From Gammaproteobacteria bacterium (lineage in GTDB: Bacteria; Pseudomonadota; Gammaproteobacteria; JBCCGL01), in NCBI GenBank assembly GCA_965277715.1, contig OZ255836.1, positions 576,001-640,000 on the forward strand: DNA of 64,000 nt, given 5' to 3'. The position numbers were made by a program, and so were the translations under genes. Below the pieces are notes generated by a model. That model did not search any database. It was not told where the DNA came from and saw nothing but the letters and a program-made list of their open reading frames with translations. Positions 26,720-36,699 of this stretch are shown one piece after another. Numbering within the stretch: the first letter of the stretch is position 1; the number at the start of each line of letters is the position of its first letter.

Positions 26720-27165
26720 AATGGTTGAGTGGATTGATTATCCGTTGCCAGGGATTGACAGCCTGTGTGCGCGATAAATGTAATGGCTACCTGTTTTTCC
26801 CGGAGCAGGGATAAACCGGGTGGTTTTTCCCGGTCGTCTGCCTGCGCGTGCATTGGTGTATTCAGGGGGGGCAGGCCAATCACGATGTGGCCGATAGAAA
26901 ACTGCAAAATCGTACCGACACTGAGTCTGTCCGGGTAGCGGGTGGTATACAACGTGAGCGCGGCCTGGTCATTGCGGCGACCGGCCCGGCGGATACAATC
27001 CAGCTCGGCAACTGCCACCGGATCATTGAGCGCCCGCCTGCGGTCATGGCTTTGTGCCACTACCTCACCGGCCTTTACCAGCACGGCCCCCACCGCCGAT
27101 TCACCTTGTGCCTGTGCTTGTTTTGCTTCGTTGCAGGCGATATCGAGAAATGTCTGGTGTGTCAT
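26716..27165 (-). CDS. Degenerate deaminase paralogue lacking zinc ligands
   Basis: CDA-like fold ([14 protein letters not shown]) but HxE reads VAE and PCxxC reads PDRLS. Confidence 0.75.
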   Translation of the reverse strand: MTHQTFLDIACNEAKQAQAQGESAVGAVLVKAGEVVAQSHDRRRALNDPVAVAELDCIRRAGRRNDQAALTLYTTRYPDRLSVGTILQFSIGHIVIGLPPLNTPMHAQADDREKPPGLSLLREKQVAITFIAHTGCQSLATDNQSTQPL

Positions 27166-27284
27166 GTCGTTTTTTTTCTATGTGCCCTGTTTATCTGCAC
27201 GGGGTTGACCGTGCAGGCAATTATTTGTCAGGCATCAGTGGTTGCTGTAGAGTCGGCGGCAAAGATAACAGCAATCAAAGTGCA

Positions 27285-27911
27285 ATGAAAATACAAATTG
27301 TTGACCACCCTTTAATCCAACACAAACTCTCCTTAATGCGGCGCAAAGACACTTCGATTCGCACCTTTCGCGAACTGGTCAATGAAATCGCCATGCTGTT
27401 GGGCTATGAAGTCAGCCGCGACCTGAAACTGACTCTGGAAACCATCGAAACACCGATGGAGACCATGCAGGCGCCCGTTATCGAAGGGAAAAAGCTGTGC
27501 TTTGTGTCTATTTTGCGTGCGGGCAATGGTTTGCTGGATGGTTTGCTCAGGCTAATGCCATCGGCCAGAGTCGGGCATGTCGGCCTCTACCGTGACCCGC
27601 AAACACTGCAAGCCGTGGAGTACTACTACAAAGTGCCGTCTGATATAGGTGAGCGTTTAACCATCGTTGTCGACCCCATGTTGGCCACGGCAAATTCGGC
27701 GATTGCCGCTGTCGAGCGGCTTAAACGAGGGGGTGCCAAAAGCATGAAATTTGTTTGCCTGCTGGCGGCGCCTGAAGGTGTTGAGGCTTTTAATCAGGCA
27801 CACCCGGATGTGGAACTATTCACCGCTGCGGTTGATCGTGAGCTGAACGATCACGGGTATATATTGCCGGGGTTGGGGGATGCCGGGGATAGGATTTATG
27901 GGACGCGGTAG
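27285..27911 (+). CDS. upp: Uracil phosphoribosyltransferase
   Basis: [43 protein letters not shown]. Confidence 0.97.
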   Translation: MKIQIVDHPLIQHKLSLMRRKDTSIRTFRELVNEIAMLLGYEVSRDLKLTLETIETPMETMQAPVIEGKKLCFVSILRAGNGLLDGLLRLMPSARVGHVGLYRDPQTLQAVEYYYKVPSDIGERLTIVVDPMLATANSAIAAVERLKRGGAKSMKFVCLLAAPEGVEAFNQAHPDVELFTAAVDRELNDHGYILPGLGDAGDRIYGTR

Positions 27912-28273
27912 CAGTTTCTTCAGCGCGAATACTTTGGCTTAGGAACGTGCACGAAATAAATTCCGGGATTCGTCAATGCACCAATTTACCTTATATTTGA
28001 GTTAGCTGAGCGTGTTATCAACACATAGAGCATACAGTGGTGTTGTAGTGCAATTGCCCTGGGTGTTGTTAGGTTTCACTCGCGATGTTTTAGTGTATTT
28101 CTCTGTAAGTAACCAAACCCGAATACCTGTTGGCGTGTCGAAACCAAATTGACAAGACATCAGAACCAGGGGCGGGAGGTACAACTGGGATAAGTCTGTG
28201 CGTGAATGCCGAATGCGGCGCAGGCGGTGTCCGGCATACAGTGTCCGCGACTGTGTATCAGGCTTTTTGTTTT

Positions 28274-28314
28274 AACCTAAATTCCGCAGTAGATTCAACT
28301 TAGGAATTTAGGTT
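28274..28314. mobile_element. Internally deleted mini-MITE
   Basis: AACCTAAATTCC-gcagtagattcaactta-GGAATTTAGGTT; same terminal inverted repeat as 49300-49478; overlaps the stop of the SWIM gene. Confidence 0.7.
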
Positions 28315-29286
28315 TAACCGCCTGTTTGCCTGGGTAGGTGTCAAGCCCACCACTTTTTCTAATTTATCCCGGCTTCTCTGTTGCAGTGTGAGTTTACCCC
28401 GCTGGCTTTCCCAGTTAACCACGCTTACCTGGCTGACGCCGAGCAGCCGGGCAAAGTCGGACTGTGTCATTGCCAGGCTTTTTCGCAGCCTTTTTACTGA
28501 TGCGGCGGTCGCACTGAAGGGTTTTTCTTTTGCAATCCGCTTTTTCGTGGTTTTTTTGCTGCGCTGTACCTGTATCGGTGCTTCAGTATCGACTTCAATG
28601 TCAAATAGCGCGCCGAGGTCTTGCCCGGCCAGACGACGACCACTGCTTGCTTTGCCGGTGGCAATATCCAGCTCGGTATCGACTAATTCCTGGTGGTCGA
28701 CGCCGCGCAGTTTAAACAGCAGCTCCGGTTGGTTGTCCAGCCTGGCGCCAACGGCGTATAGCACGGCCGCCAGGTGTTTGCACAGGTGTGCCCCGTCAGG
28801 GCAGTCACAGTCGAGTGTAATTTCGCTGGGCTTGGGAAACAACCCGGTTTTTATGTCGGTGATGATGGTCATTATATGGCGGGAGAAACGCCCTTGTAGC
28901 AATTCCAGCATGGAGCCGATCTGCCCGCTACAGGCTTTTTTTACCTCGCACCATTTGTTCTTTGATAGCGATTTTATTGCAATCCTTATGCGGTAAATAT
29001 CTGACCCACTCACGTAGGCGTCGATGAGACCTGCGGATATACCCAGGTGGCAGACTGAGCCATTGCGCACGTAGGTTCTACCGCGTGGCAGGCGGTTGTC
29101 GTAGTCGCTGAATGTTTCCAGGTTTTCACACCAGGCGGCGCCCCAGAAGGTTTTGGCAATTTTGCGCCCGGTGATTTCTACAGGCTCTATCTTTTCGCCT
29201 TTCTTTTTTAGTTTTGCCATGGCTTTTGTGGCTTTGGCGCGCCGTTTGGCAACAGGCACATAGGGGGGCCAGTAGCTGTATGACAT
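28300..29286 (-). CDS. SWIM zinc-finger protein with C-terminal XRE-type HTH
   Basis: RLPRGRTYVRNGSV, CDCPDGAHLCKHLAAV; C-terminal LRKSLAMTQSDFARLLGVSQVSVVNWE. Confidence 0.88.
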   Translation of the reverse strand: MSYSYWPPYVPVAKRRAKATKAMAKLKKKGEKIEPVEITGRKIAKTFWGAAWCENLETFSDYDNRLPRGRTYVRNGSVCHLGISAGLIDAYVSGSDIYRIRIAIKSLSKNKWCEVKKACSGQIGSMLELLQGRFSRHIMTIITDIKTGLFPKPSEITLDCDCPDGAHLCKHLAAVLYAVGARLDNQPELLFKLRGVDHQELVDTELDIATGKASSGRRLAGQDLGALFDIEVDTEAPIQVQRSKKTTKKRIAKEKPFSATAASVKRLRKSLAMTQSDFARLLGVSQVSVVNWESQRGKLTLQQRSRDKLEKVVGLTPTQANRRLNLNS

Positions 29287-29299
29287 AACAGGTCTCTAA

Positions 29300-31999
29300 T
29301 TACTCGGTGTTGGCTTTGTCGATATCGAGTGATACCAGATGCATGATCTCATCGTTGCTCATTTCGGTGAGTGACATTTCACCACCGCCTTCGAGAATGT
29401 CAGCGGCCAGGGCGCTTTTCTCGTTGAGCATGGTATCGATTTTTTCTTCTATCGTACCGCGACAAACAAACTTATGCACCAGCACGTTGTTTTTCTGGCC
29501 AATGCGAAAAGCGCGGTCGGTCGCCTGGTTTTCCACGGCGGGGTTCCACCAGCGGTCGAAGTGGATCACATGGGATGCTTGGGTCAGATTCAGGCCGGTG
29601 CCGCCCGCCTTAATGGACAGTACAAAAAAGGGCGGGCCTTCCTCGCGCTGAAAGTCGTCGACGCGTTTTTGTCGCTGCTTCACCGGCGTACCGCCGTGCA
29701 GGATTAAACCGGGCCGGGCGAACACGCTCTGCAGATAATCGGCCAGTGCGCCGGTTAGCTCGCGGAACTGGGTGAATATCAGCACTTTTTCCTGGCGTGA
29801 GGCAATCTCTTCACAAATTTCTGCCAGCCGTAAAAACTTGCCGCTGTCTTTGGGGGTATAACTATCACCACCAGTCATTTGGGCCGGGTGATTGCATATC
29901 TGCTTGAAGCGTTGCATATACGCTAACACCAGGCCGCGCCGTTTTATGTCGTCCTGGGGTTGCAAAGCTGCGTGTAGTTCTCTGACAGAGCGTTGATAGA
30001 GTGCCGCCTGTCGTTTGCTCAATCCGCAGTAGGCGTGTATTTCGGTCTTATCCGGCAAATCGTCGATGATTGAGCGGTCTGTCTTCAAGCGACGCAAAAT
30101 GTAGGGCTGTACCAGTTTACGCAAGGGGGCGTATGGGTTGTCATCGCGGCTGGCGAGTGCTTTGGTAAATGTTTTGAAGCGACCTGCCGAGCCGAGTAAC
30201 CCCGGGTTGATAAAATCGAACAGTGACCAGAGATCGCCAAGGCGGTTTTCCACTGGGGTGCCGGTGAGCGCTATGCGCGCATGGGCGTTGAGTCGTTTGA
30301 CCATCTTAGTCTGGCGGGTGGCGGGGTTTTTGATTGCCTGGGCTTCATCGAGTACCACCAGGTGCCACTGCTGATCGTGCAGGTACGATTGCCCGGCGAG
30401 GGTGGTGTAGGTGGTGAGCACGGCGTCGATAGTGGCGAGTGATATGGCGGTATTGGTGGCGAGTTTTGCCATGCTTGCTTTATCCATTTCGCTGCTGTGA
30501 ACAAATAGGCAGCGCAATGAAGGGGCAAAACGCGCCAACTCCAGTTTCCAGTTGGATAGCAGTGAGGCTGGTAATACCAACAGTGACGGGGTTTTTTGTT
30601 TTTCCCGTTGCTGTGCTTTTTTGATTAATAACAACAGGGTAATGACCTGTATGGTTTTGCCCAGGCCCATGTCATCGGCAAGGCAGGTGCCCAGCCCCAG
30701 GCGGGAGAGCATCCACAGCCAATTGACGCCCTGCTGTTGATAGGGCCGCAGGGTGGCTTTGAGCACCTTGCCGGGTTTGGCGTCTTGTATGGCGGCGGGG
30801 GAACGCAATTGCTCAAGTAGTGTTCCCAACCATTTCCCGGGCGTGATAAACGACCAGTCTGGCGATGTTGCCTCGGTGTCTTTGCCGCTGAGATCAGCGG
30901 GGGCGCCAGCCAATAAACGCATGCCCTCAATAAACGACAGGCCACTACGGGCCAGGTCGGTGGCCACGGTTTCCCAGTGGTTCAGTGCCTCTTGCAGTTT
31001 GGCCTGGTCGACCTCTACCCACTGGCCTTTGAAGTTGACCAGCCCGGCATCCATTTCCATCAGTTGCTGTAGTTCCTGTCTGCTCAGTGATTGTTCGCCC
31101 AGGGCAATATCGAGTTTGAAATCCAACAGGGCGTTGGCACCCACTGCCGATTGTTTTTTGTCACCCAGGGTGATGCCGACTTTGGGGCGTGGGCGCTGTT
31201 GCCACCAGTTTGGCAGGCGCAGCAAAATGCCACTGGATTCGTAGTGGGGGGTTTCTTTTAAAAAGCGGTATGCCTCATCGGCGCGCCAGGCGAGTGGGTG
31301 GTATAAATCGCCGCTATCATAAAGCGCTGTAATCAATGGGCTATTTTCTGCGGCCCGGCTAACGGGTGATAACAGCTTGATCATCGCCTGTCGGTTTTTG
31401 CTGCCCGCGTACTCCTGTAGCGCATGGCTTAACGGTCGGTAGCGTAGTTTGCCGTGGTTGGTGACTGCCTGTGAGTAGGTTGCCATAAAGGCGAAGGGGT
31501 AGTCCGGGTCATTTTTGTTTTCTGCCAGGTGAAAGCAAACACGCCCCACCTGGTGCCATTGCGGGGCTTTATCGGCGAGAAAGGCGCTCAAGCCGCCAGC
31601 GGGAAGCTGCTCCAGCAGCCAGTCGTCTAGCTGCCGCCACAGGGCTTGCAGGCTGTCGGCACACAGGTATTCGACGCCCTGCATGGGTGGGGCAGTGTCC
31701 AGCAATGTGTTGATCTGGGCTTCGTCCAATAGGTCCAGCGGGGCTATGCCGTCCTGTTCTGGCGTATTCAGGCAGCGCGCTTTGAGATAGTGTGTAGCAA
31801 AGTTGCGCCAGTATATAAAAGTTACTGGCCATGTTGTTGACAGTGCTTTGCCTTTGATGGCCAGGTGAAATAAACCTTCAGCGGGGTGGTGGCTGAAGGC
31901 GGTGGTTATCTGTTGTTCAATCGCGGTATTATCGCCGCCTTCAGCGCGTGGGTAACAGTGAAGATGCCCGGAGGGCAGCAGCCCGATTTCGTAGTTCAT
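29300..31999 (-). CDS. SNF2-family helicase/ATPase
   Basis: LRPYQ, LADDMGLGKT, DEAQ, LTGTPVEN, GGTGLNLT, DRWWNPAVENQATDRAFRIGQ. Confidence 0.95.
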   Translation of the reverse strand: MNYEIGLLPSGHLHCYPRAEGGDNTAIEQQITTAFSHHPAEGLFHLAIKGKALSTTWPVTFIYWRNFATHYLKARCLNTPEQDGIAPLDLLDEAQINTLLDTAPPMQGVEYLCADSLQALWRQLDDWLLEQLPAGGLSAFLADKAPQWHQVGRVCFHLAENKNDPDYPFAFMATYSQAVTNHGKLRYRPLSHALQEYAGSKNRQAMIKLLSPVSRAAENSPLITALYDSGDLYHPLAWRADEAYRFLKETPHYESSGILLRLPNWWQQRPRPKVGITLGDKKQSAVGANALLDFKLDIALGEQSLSRQELQQLMEMDAGLVNFKGQWVEVDQAKLQEALNHWETVATDLARSGLSFIEGMRLLAGAPADLSGKDTEATSPDWSFITPGKWLGTLLEQLRSPAAIQDAKPGKVLKATLRPYQQQGVNWLWMLSRLGLGTCLADDMGLGKTIQVITLLLLIKKAQQREKQKTPSLLVLPASLLSNWKLELARFAPSLRCLFVHSSEMDKASMAKLATNTAISLATIDAVLTTYTTLAGQSYLHDQQWHLVVLDEAQAIKNPATRQTKMVKRLNAHARIALTGTPVENRLGDLWSLFDFINPGLLGSAGRFKTFTKALASRDDNPYAPLRKLVQPYILRRLKTDRSIIDDLPDKTEIHAYCGLSKRQAALYQRSVRELHAALQPQDDIKRRGLVLAYMQRFKQICNHPAQMTGGDSYTPKDSGKFLRLAEICEEIASRQEKVLIFTQFRELTGALADYLQSVFARPGLILHGGTPVKQRQKRVDDFQREEGPPFFVLSIKAGGTGLNLTQASHVIHFDRWWNPAVENQATDRAFRIGQKNNVLVHKFVCRGTIEEKIDTMLNEKSALAADILEGGGEMSLTEMSNDEIMHLVSLDIDKANTE

Positions 32000-32073
32000 T
32001 GTGTAGGGAATCTCAATTGCATGGGGCTTAAAGCCCCAGTGTATCGTTTTATATATTTTGGAGAGCGTATTTT

Positions 32074-32721
32074 GTGTCTATATCCCAAGCGGTAGAACGC
32101 AATCTGATAGAGGGCCGACCGGCGCTGATTGTCGTGGATATTCTGGTTTCGAGTGTTGTCGAGCAAAAAAATGAGGCGCATTCGATTCCTCATATGGCAA
32201 ATTATGCAGGGCGGATGCGCAAAGCCCGGTTACTTGTCGATAAAGCGCGTGACTGCGGTATACCCGTGATTTTTATTCAGGAAGTGCACCGGCCCGATCT
32301 GGTTGACTTTGGCCGTGAGCTGGATGGCAGTGAGGATATTCACTGCCTTGAAGACAATCCCGACACCGAAATAGCCAAGGAGGTGCTGGGTTTTTTGCCA
32401 AATGATTATGTGATTAAAAAGCGGCGCTACTCGGCCTTTTTTGGGACTGATTTTGAAATATTGCTGCGGGGTCTGCGAGTGGACACACTGCTACTCTGTG
32501 GTGGCCTGACGGATGTGTGTGTCCACTACACTTTTGTCGATGCTCATCAATCTGATTATTTCTGCCGGGTGATCGAAGACTGTGTTGCAGGGTCCAGCGA
32601 TGAGGCACACGAAAGCGCTCTGCGGGCGATGCAGTACCTGCAACGGGGGGCACGCCGTTCGCTGGAGGAAGTGTTGACGGCAATGGATGGCTTTCAGGGT
32701 TTACCCTCTTCGGCCACATGA
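32074..32721 (+). CDS. Isochorismatase-family cysteine hydrolase
   Basis: ALIVVD, KRRYSAFFGT, GGLTDVCV. Confidence 0.9.
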   Translation: MSISQAVERNLIEGRPALIVVDILVSSVVEQKNEAHSIPHMANYAGRMRKARLLVDKARDCGIPVIFIQEVHRPDLVDFGRELDGSEDIHCLEDNPDTEIAKEVLGFLPNDYVIKKRRYSAFFGTDFEILLRGLRVDTLLLCGGLTDVCVHYTFVDAHQSDYFCRVIEDCVAGSSDEAHESALRAMQYLQRGARRSLEEVLTAMDGFQGLPSSAT

Positions 32722-32865
32722 CAAAATGCCCTGCATTATTTTCCAGGTTTAGCCGCAGGGCTTTCTGTTTCTGCCCCTTCGCGCAGCACTGTACATTGTC
32801 TGTGGATCGTATAGACTCGTCACCTAACGATAAAAGCAACCGTTTACACGGATAATAATCAGCAC

Positions 32866-33648
32866 GTGACTTCCCCTGAAAAAACATCGGCCCTGGTGGT
32901 TGAGGATTTACATAAGCGCTTCGGCCAGGTCGATGTGCTAAAAGGCGTGAACCTCAATGCGCATGAAGGTGATGTGATTTCGATGCTCGGTGCCTCGGGT
33001 TCCGGGAAAAGTACTTTTCTGCGTTGTATTAACCTTCTTGAAACACCCAATAGTGGCCGTGTCACCGTGCAGGGTGAAACCATCCGTATGCACAAAGATA
33101 AATATGGATTACAGGTGCCTGAAGATATGGTTCAGGTTATCCGGTTGCGCGCCAAGTTGGGCATGGTCTTTCAGGGTTTTAATCTGTGGGCGCATATGAC
33201 CGTCTTGCAAAATGTTACCGAAGCGCTGTTGCACGTACTTCAATTGCCTCGTGCAGAAGCACATGAGCGGGCCGAGGCGGTGTTACATAAGGTCGGTATG
33301 TATGACCGGCGCGAATACTATCCGTCGCATATTTCCGGTGGGCAGCAGCAGAGGGCGGCCATCGCCCGGGCGTTGGCGATGCAGCCTGATGTGATGTTAT
33401 TTGATGAACCGACATCGGCCCTCGACCCCGAGTTAGTGGGTGAGGTGTTGAAAGTCATGCGCAATCTCGCTGATGAGGGCACGACGATGATTGTGGTTAC
33501 CCATGAAGTCAATTTTGCCCGTGATGTGTCGAGTAAAGTTATTTTTCTGCACGAAGGCCTGATCGAGGCAGAAGGCCCTCCGCAGCAAATGTTTGGTCAT
33601 TCGGAATCGGAGCGGTTTCGCCAGTTTCTGGCGCGAACAGCGCACTGA
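32866..33648 (+). CDS. Polar amino-acid ABC ATPase (HisP-like)
   Basis: GASGSGKST, SGGQQQR, FDEPTSALDPELVGEVL. Confidence 0.93.
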   Translation: MTSPEKTSALVVEDLHKRFGQVDVLKGVNLNAHEGDVISMLGASGSGKSTFLRCINLLETPNSGRVTVQGETIRMHKDKYGLQVPEDMVQVIRLRAKLGMVFQGFNLWAHMTVLQNVTEALLHVLQLPRAEAHERAEAVLHKVGMYDRREYYPSHISGGQQQRAAIARALAMQPDVMLFDEPTSALDPELVGEVLKVMRNLADEGTTMIVVTHEVNFARDVSSKVIFLHEGLIEAEGPPQQMFGHSESERFRQFLARTAH

Positions 33649-33727
33649 TAAGCATGACTGCAAAAAAAACCGGATCGATAAGTGAGCCGGAATTGTCACA
33701 ATGAAACCTTTAGGAGGTAAATATATT

Positions 33728-34495
33728 ATGAGTATGAAAAAACTGTTGGGTCTGTTTTTTGCCATGGCTGTGGTCAGTGCTTCAGCGCAGGCAGATGCAC
33801 TGCGTGTCGGTGTCGAGGGCGCTTATCCCCCTTTTTCCTGGAAAGAGGCAGATGGCACACTGAAAGGCTTTGATATCGATATTGCTTACGAGGTCTGCAA
33901 GCGGCTCAATCGGGAGTGTGTGCTTGTCGAGCAGGAGTGGGACGGCATGATCCCGGCACTGCTGGCGAAGAAATACGACACGATCATCGCCTCGATGTCG
34001 ATCACCGAAGAACGTAAAAAGAAAGTTGATTTCACCGATAAATACTACAACACACCTCCCGCTATTGTGGCCAGATCAGACGCTGACTTTACTTCCACTA
34101 ATGCCAGTATGAAAGGTAAAAAGTTGGGCCTTCAGCGAGCTACCACTCATCAGTGCACCGCAGAAAAAATGTTCCCGGACGCAGAGCTGGTGCTGTATGC
34201 CTCTCAGGATGAAGTTTTCCAGGATTTAGCCAATGGCCGCCTCGATGCCCAGATCTCTGATTCATTACAGGCATTAGAAGGCTTCCTCAAGCAGGATATG
34301 GGTAAAGGCTTCGCTTTTCTTGGCGATATGATCGACGATGTAGAGTGCCAGGGTGTGGGTGCCGGGTTTGCCGTGCGCAAGCAGGACACCGAACTGCGTG
34401 ATGCCATGAGTACCGCGATTAAAGCCATACGTGCTGACGGTACTTACAAAACCATTAACGACAAATATTTCGAAATCGATATTTACGGCGGTTAG
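33728..34495 (+). CDS. Polar amino-acid solute-binding protein (HisJ/ArgT-like)
   Basis: Signal peptide, EGAYPPFS, GFDIDIA, WDGMIPAL, SMSITEERKK; exact start uncertain. Confidence 0.92.
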   Translation: MSMKKLLGLFFAMAVVSASAQADALRVGVEGAYPPFSWKEADGTLKGFDIDIAYEVCKRLNRECVLVEQEWDGMIPALLAKKYDTIIASMSITEERKKKVDFTDKYYNTPPAIVARSDADFTSTNASMKGKKLGLQRATTHQCTAEKMFPDAELVLYASQDEVFQDLANGRLDAQISDSLQALEGFLKQDMGKGFAFLGDMIDDVECQGVGAGFAVRKQDTELRDAMSTAIKAIRADGTYKTINDKYFEIDIYGG

Positions 34496-34527
34496 TCGTT
34501 GTCTTTGCGTACTTGCTGTTTACCAGT

Positions 34528-34562
34528 AACCGACCTGATCCCCTTTGGTGATCAGGTCGGTT
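34528..34562 (+). terminator. Intergenic stem-loop (mRNA stabiliser or attenuator)
   Basis: AACCGACCTGATC-N9-GATCAGGTCGGTT, a perfect 13-bp stem between the SBP and permease genes; no long U tract. Confidence 0.6.
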
Positions 34563-34573
34563 GACGCGTTCTT

Positions 34574-35266
34574 ATGGGTACTCTCTGGGAATACCGCAAT
34601 CTGTTGTTTGAAGGCACTGTTGTCACGGTGCAACTGGCGATTGGGTCACTGTTTTTATCAGTGTTGCTGGGTTTGATTGGGGCGCTGGCGAAGCTGTCAT
34701 CAAACCGGCTCTGGCAAAAACTGGCCGATCTTTATACAACACTGATTCGTGGCGTGCCGGATCTGGTGTTGATGATGCTGTTGTTTTACGGTGGGCAACA
34801 GGTATTGAACGATTTAGGCGAATTGACCGGGTGGTGGGACTACCTTGAGCTAAACCAGTTTACCGCCGGGGTTTTTTCAATTGGTTTTGTTTTTGGCGCC
34901 TATATGACCGAGACATTTCGCGGCGCCATCCTGGCGATTCCACGCGGGCAGATTGAGGCGGGCATCGCCTGTGGCATGACGCCGATGAAGATATTCCAAC
35001 GCATTACCTGGCCACAGATGGTGCGCTTTGCATTGCCCAGCTTTACCAATAACTGGCTGGTATTAATCAAGGCGACAGCGCTTGTGTCTGTGATCGGCCT
35101 GCACGATCTGGTCTGGAATGCATCGACTGCCGGTCGGTCAGTGCGCGAACCGTTTACCTTTATGTTTGCGGTTTTAGTTATCTACCTGATAATGACGGCG
35201 GTTTCCGATGTGGGTTTGCGTTGGCTTGACCGGCGGTATTCAGCCGGTGTGAGAAAGGTCAGCTGA
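34574..35266 (+). CDS. Amino-acid ABC permease (HisQ-like)
   Basis: YTTLIRGVPDLV, AYMTETFRGA, GQIEAG. Confidence 0.92.
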   Translation: MGTLWEYRNLLFEGTVVTVQLAIGSLFLSVLLGLIGALAKLSSNRLWQKLADLYTTLIRGVPDLVLMMLLFYGGQQVLNDLGELTGWWDYLELNQFTAGVFSIGFVFGAYMTETFRGAILAIPRGQIEAGIACGMTPMKIFQRITWPQMVRFALPSFTNNWLVLIKATALVSVIGLHDLVWNASTAGRSVREPFTFMFAVLVIYLIMTAVSDVGLRWLDRRYSAGVRKVS

Positions 35267-36033
35267 TGGAAACAGAAGAAGACCGCACGTTCTGGGAATA
35301 TCTGGCGTATATCAGTGAACACCATTCACCGCTCGATTTTGTTCTGGTCTGGGATCATATCGATCGGTTTTTGTGGGGCGCATTACTCACCCTCGAAATT
35401 ACTGTCCTGGCGTTGTTTCTCGGTGGCATATTGGCCGTGCCAATGGCGATTGCACGCGCTTACAAACACCGCTGGCTGAATGGGCCTATCTGGTGCTTTA
35501 CCTATGTTTTCCGGGGGTCACCCCTGCTGGTGCAAACCTACCTGATTTACTATGGGCTCGCGCAGTTTGTCTGGATACGTGAGAGCTTTTTATGGGACCC
35601 GGTTTTGTCCAGTGCCTGGTGGTGCGCGATGATTGCATTTACGCTAAATACGGCGGGGTATACCACTGAATTTCTACGCGGATCGATTGAAAACACGCCC
35701 AGTGGTGAAATTGAAGCGGCGCGTGCCTGTGGCATGTCACCGTTTGTGATGGTGCGCCGGATTGTATTGCCCAGCGCGTTTCGGCGCGCACTGCCCGCCT
35801 ATTCCAATGAAGTTATTTTTATGTTGCACGGCTCGGTGGTATTAAGCACGATAACATTACAGGATTTATTGGGTGCCGGGCGCTGGCTGAATGGGCGTTA
35901 CTACCTCGCTTACGAGGGGTTTATTACCGCCATGTTGTTTTATATGGTGCTGGTTTTTATTATCAGCCGTGGGTTTCGTTGGTGGGAAAAGCGCTGGTTG
36001 GCACACCTTCGGCCTGTAGATGACTCGGCTTGA
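35266..36033 (+). CDS. Amino-acid ABC permease (HisM-like)
   Basis: FRGSPLLVQ, LNTAGYTTE, GEIEAARACGM, ALPAYSNE. Confidence 0.92.
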   Translation: METEEDRTFWEYLAYISEHHSPLDFVLVWDHIDRFLWGALLTLEITVLALFLGGILAVPMAIARAYKHRWLNGPIWCFTYVFRGSPLLVQTYLIYYGLAQFVWIRESFLWDPVLSSAWWCAMIAFTLNTAGYTTEFLRGSIENTPSGEIEAARACGMSPFVMVRRIVLPSAFRRALPAYSNEVIFMLHGSVVLSTITLQDLLGAGRWLNGRYYLAYEGFITAMLFYMVLVFIISRGFRWWEKRWLAHLRPVDDSA

Positions 36034-36069
36034 GCTACGGTGGTTAAACCGAAAAGGGTAGAGTTAACG

Positions 36070-36450
36070 ATGAAAAGTACACTGAAATATTTGATCTTGG
36101 CGGGATTTGTTTTAGCTGCACCCACTGCGCTCGCCGATGAAGAGGATAAGTCGTGGTGGCAACTGACCAAGGATTATGTCAGCAAGACACTCGATATTGC
36201 CAGTGATGAGTCCAAAGGGGTTGGCAATGATGTGGCCGATGGCTCCAAAGAACTGCTGGACGAGGCACAAGAAAGCAGCGGAAAACTTTGGGAAAAGAGT
36301 AAAGAAGTATCTAGCGATGCCTGGCAGGATATAAAAAAAGGTTCTAAATCAGCTGTGGATAGTGCCAGGGAGGCGGGCAGTGATCTTCTGGATAAAACCA
36401 CTGAGATATTGCAATCAGATGAAAAAACGGCAAAACAACCTTCTATTTGA
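36070..36450 (+). CDS. Secreted helical hypothetical protein (LEA/apolipoprotein-like repeats)
   Basis: Signal peptide ending ALA; amphipathic 11-mer-like pattern (WEKSKEVSSDAWQDIKKGS). Confidence 0.7.
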   Translation: MKSTLKYLILAGFVLAAPTALADEEDKSWWQLTKDYVSKTLDIASDESKGVGNDVADGSKELLDEAQESSGKLWEKSKEVSSDAWQDIKKGSKSAVDSAREAGSDLLDKTTEILQSDEKTAKQPSI

Positions 36451-36699
36451 TTTTAAGCCAAAAAGTGTAGTGCTTTAGGGCACCTTTTCATGCCTTGGTA
36501 ATTTTCATCGGTAAAGGCAATTGGGTGGCCGGTCTCCCAGTCAAAAATCGACCTATCGGTTTTCGACAACGGGCCAGTATAGACGTGCGATGTCGAATAA
36601 CCGGCGAATTGATTGGCTGGGTGTGCATGATCGTGCTGCAGTACTTGCATCCGTTACAAATTGATCGAAGGAAAACGTCATTTTCTTGGTTTCACGTTG

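Noticed and set aside
36453-36650. 65-aa ORF downstream of the FGE gene
   Set aside because: No recognisable motif; cannot be supported as a gene
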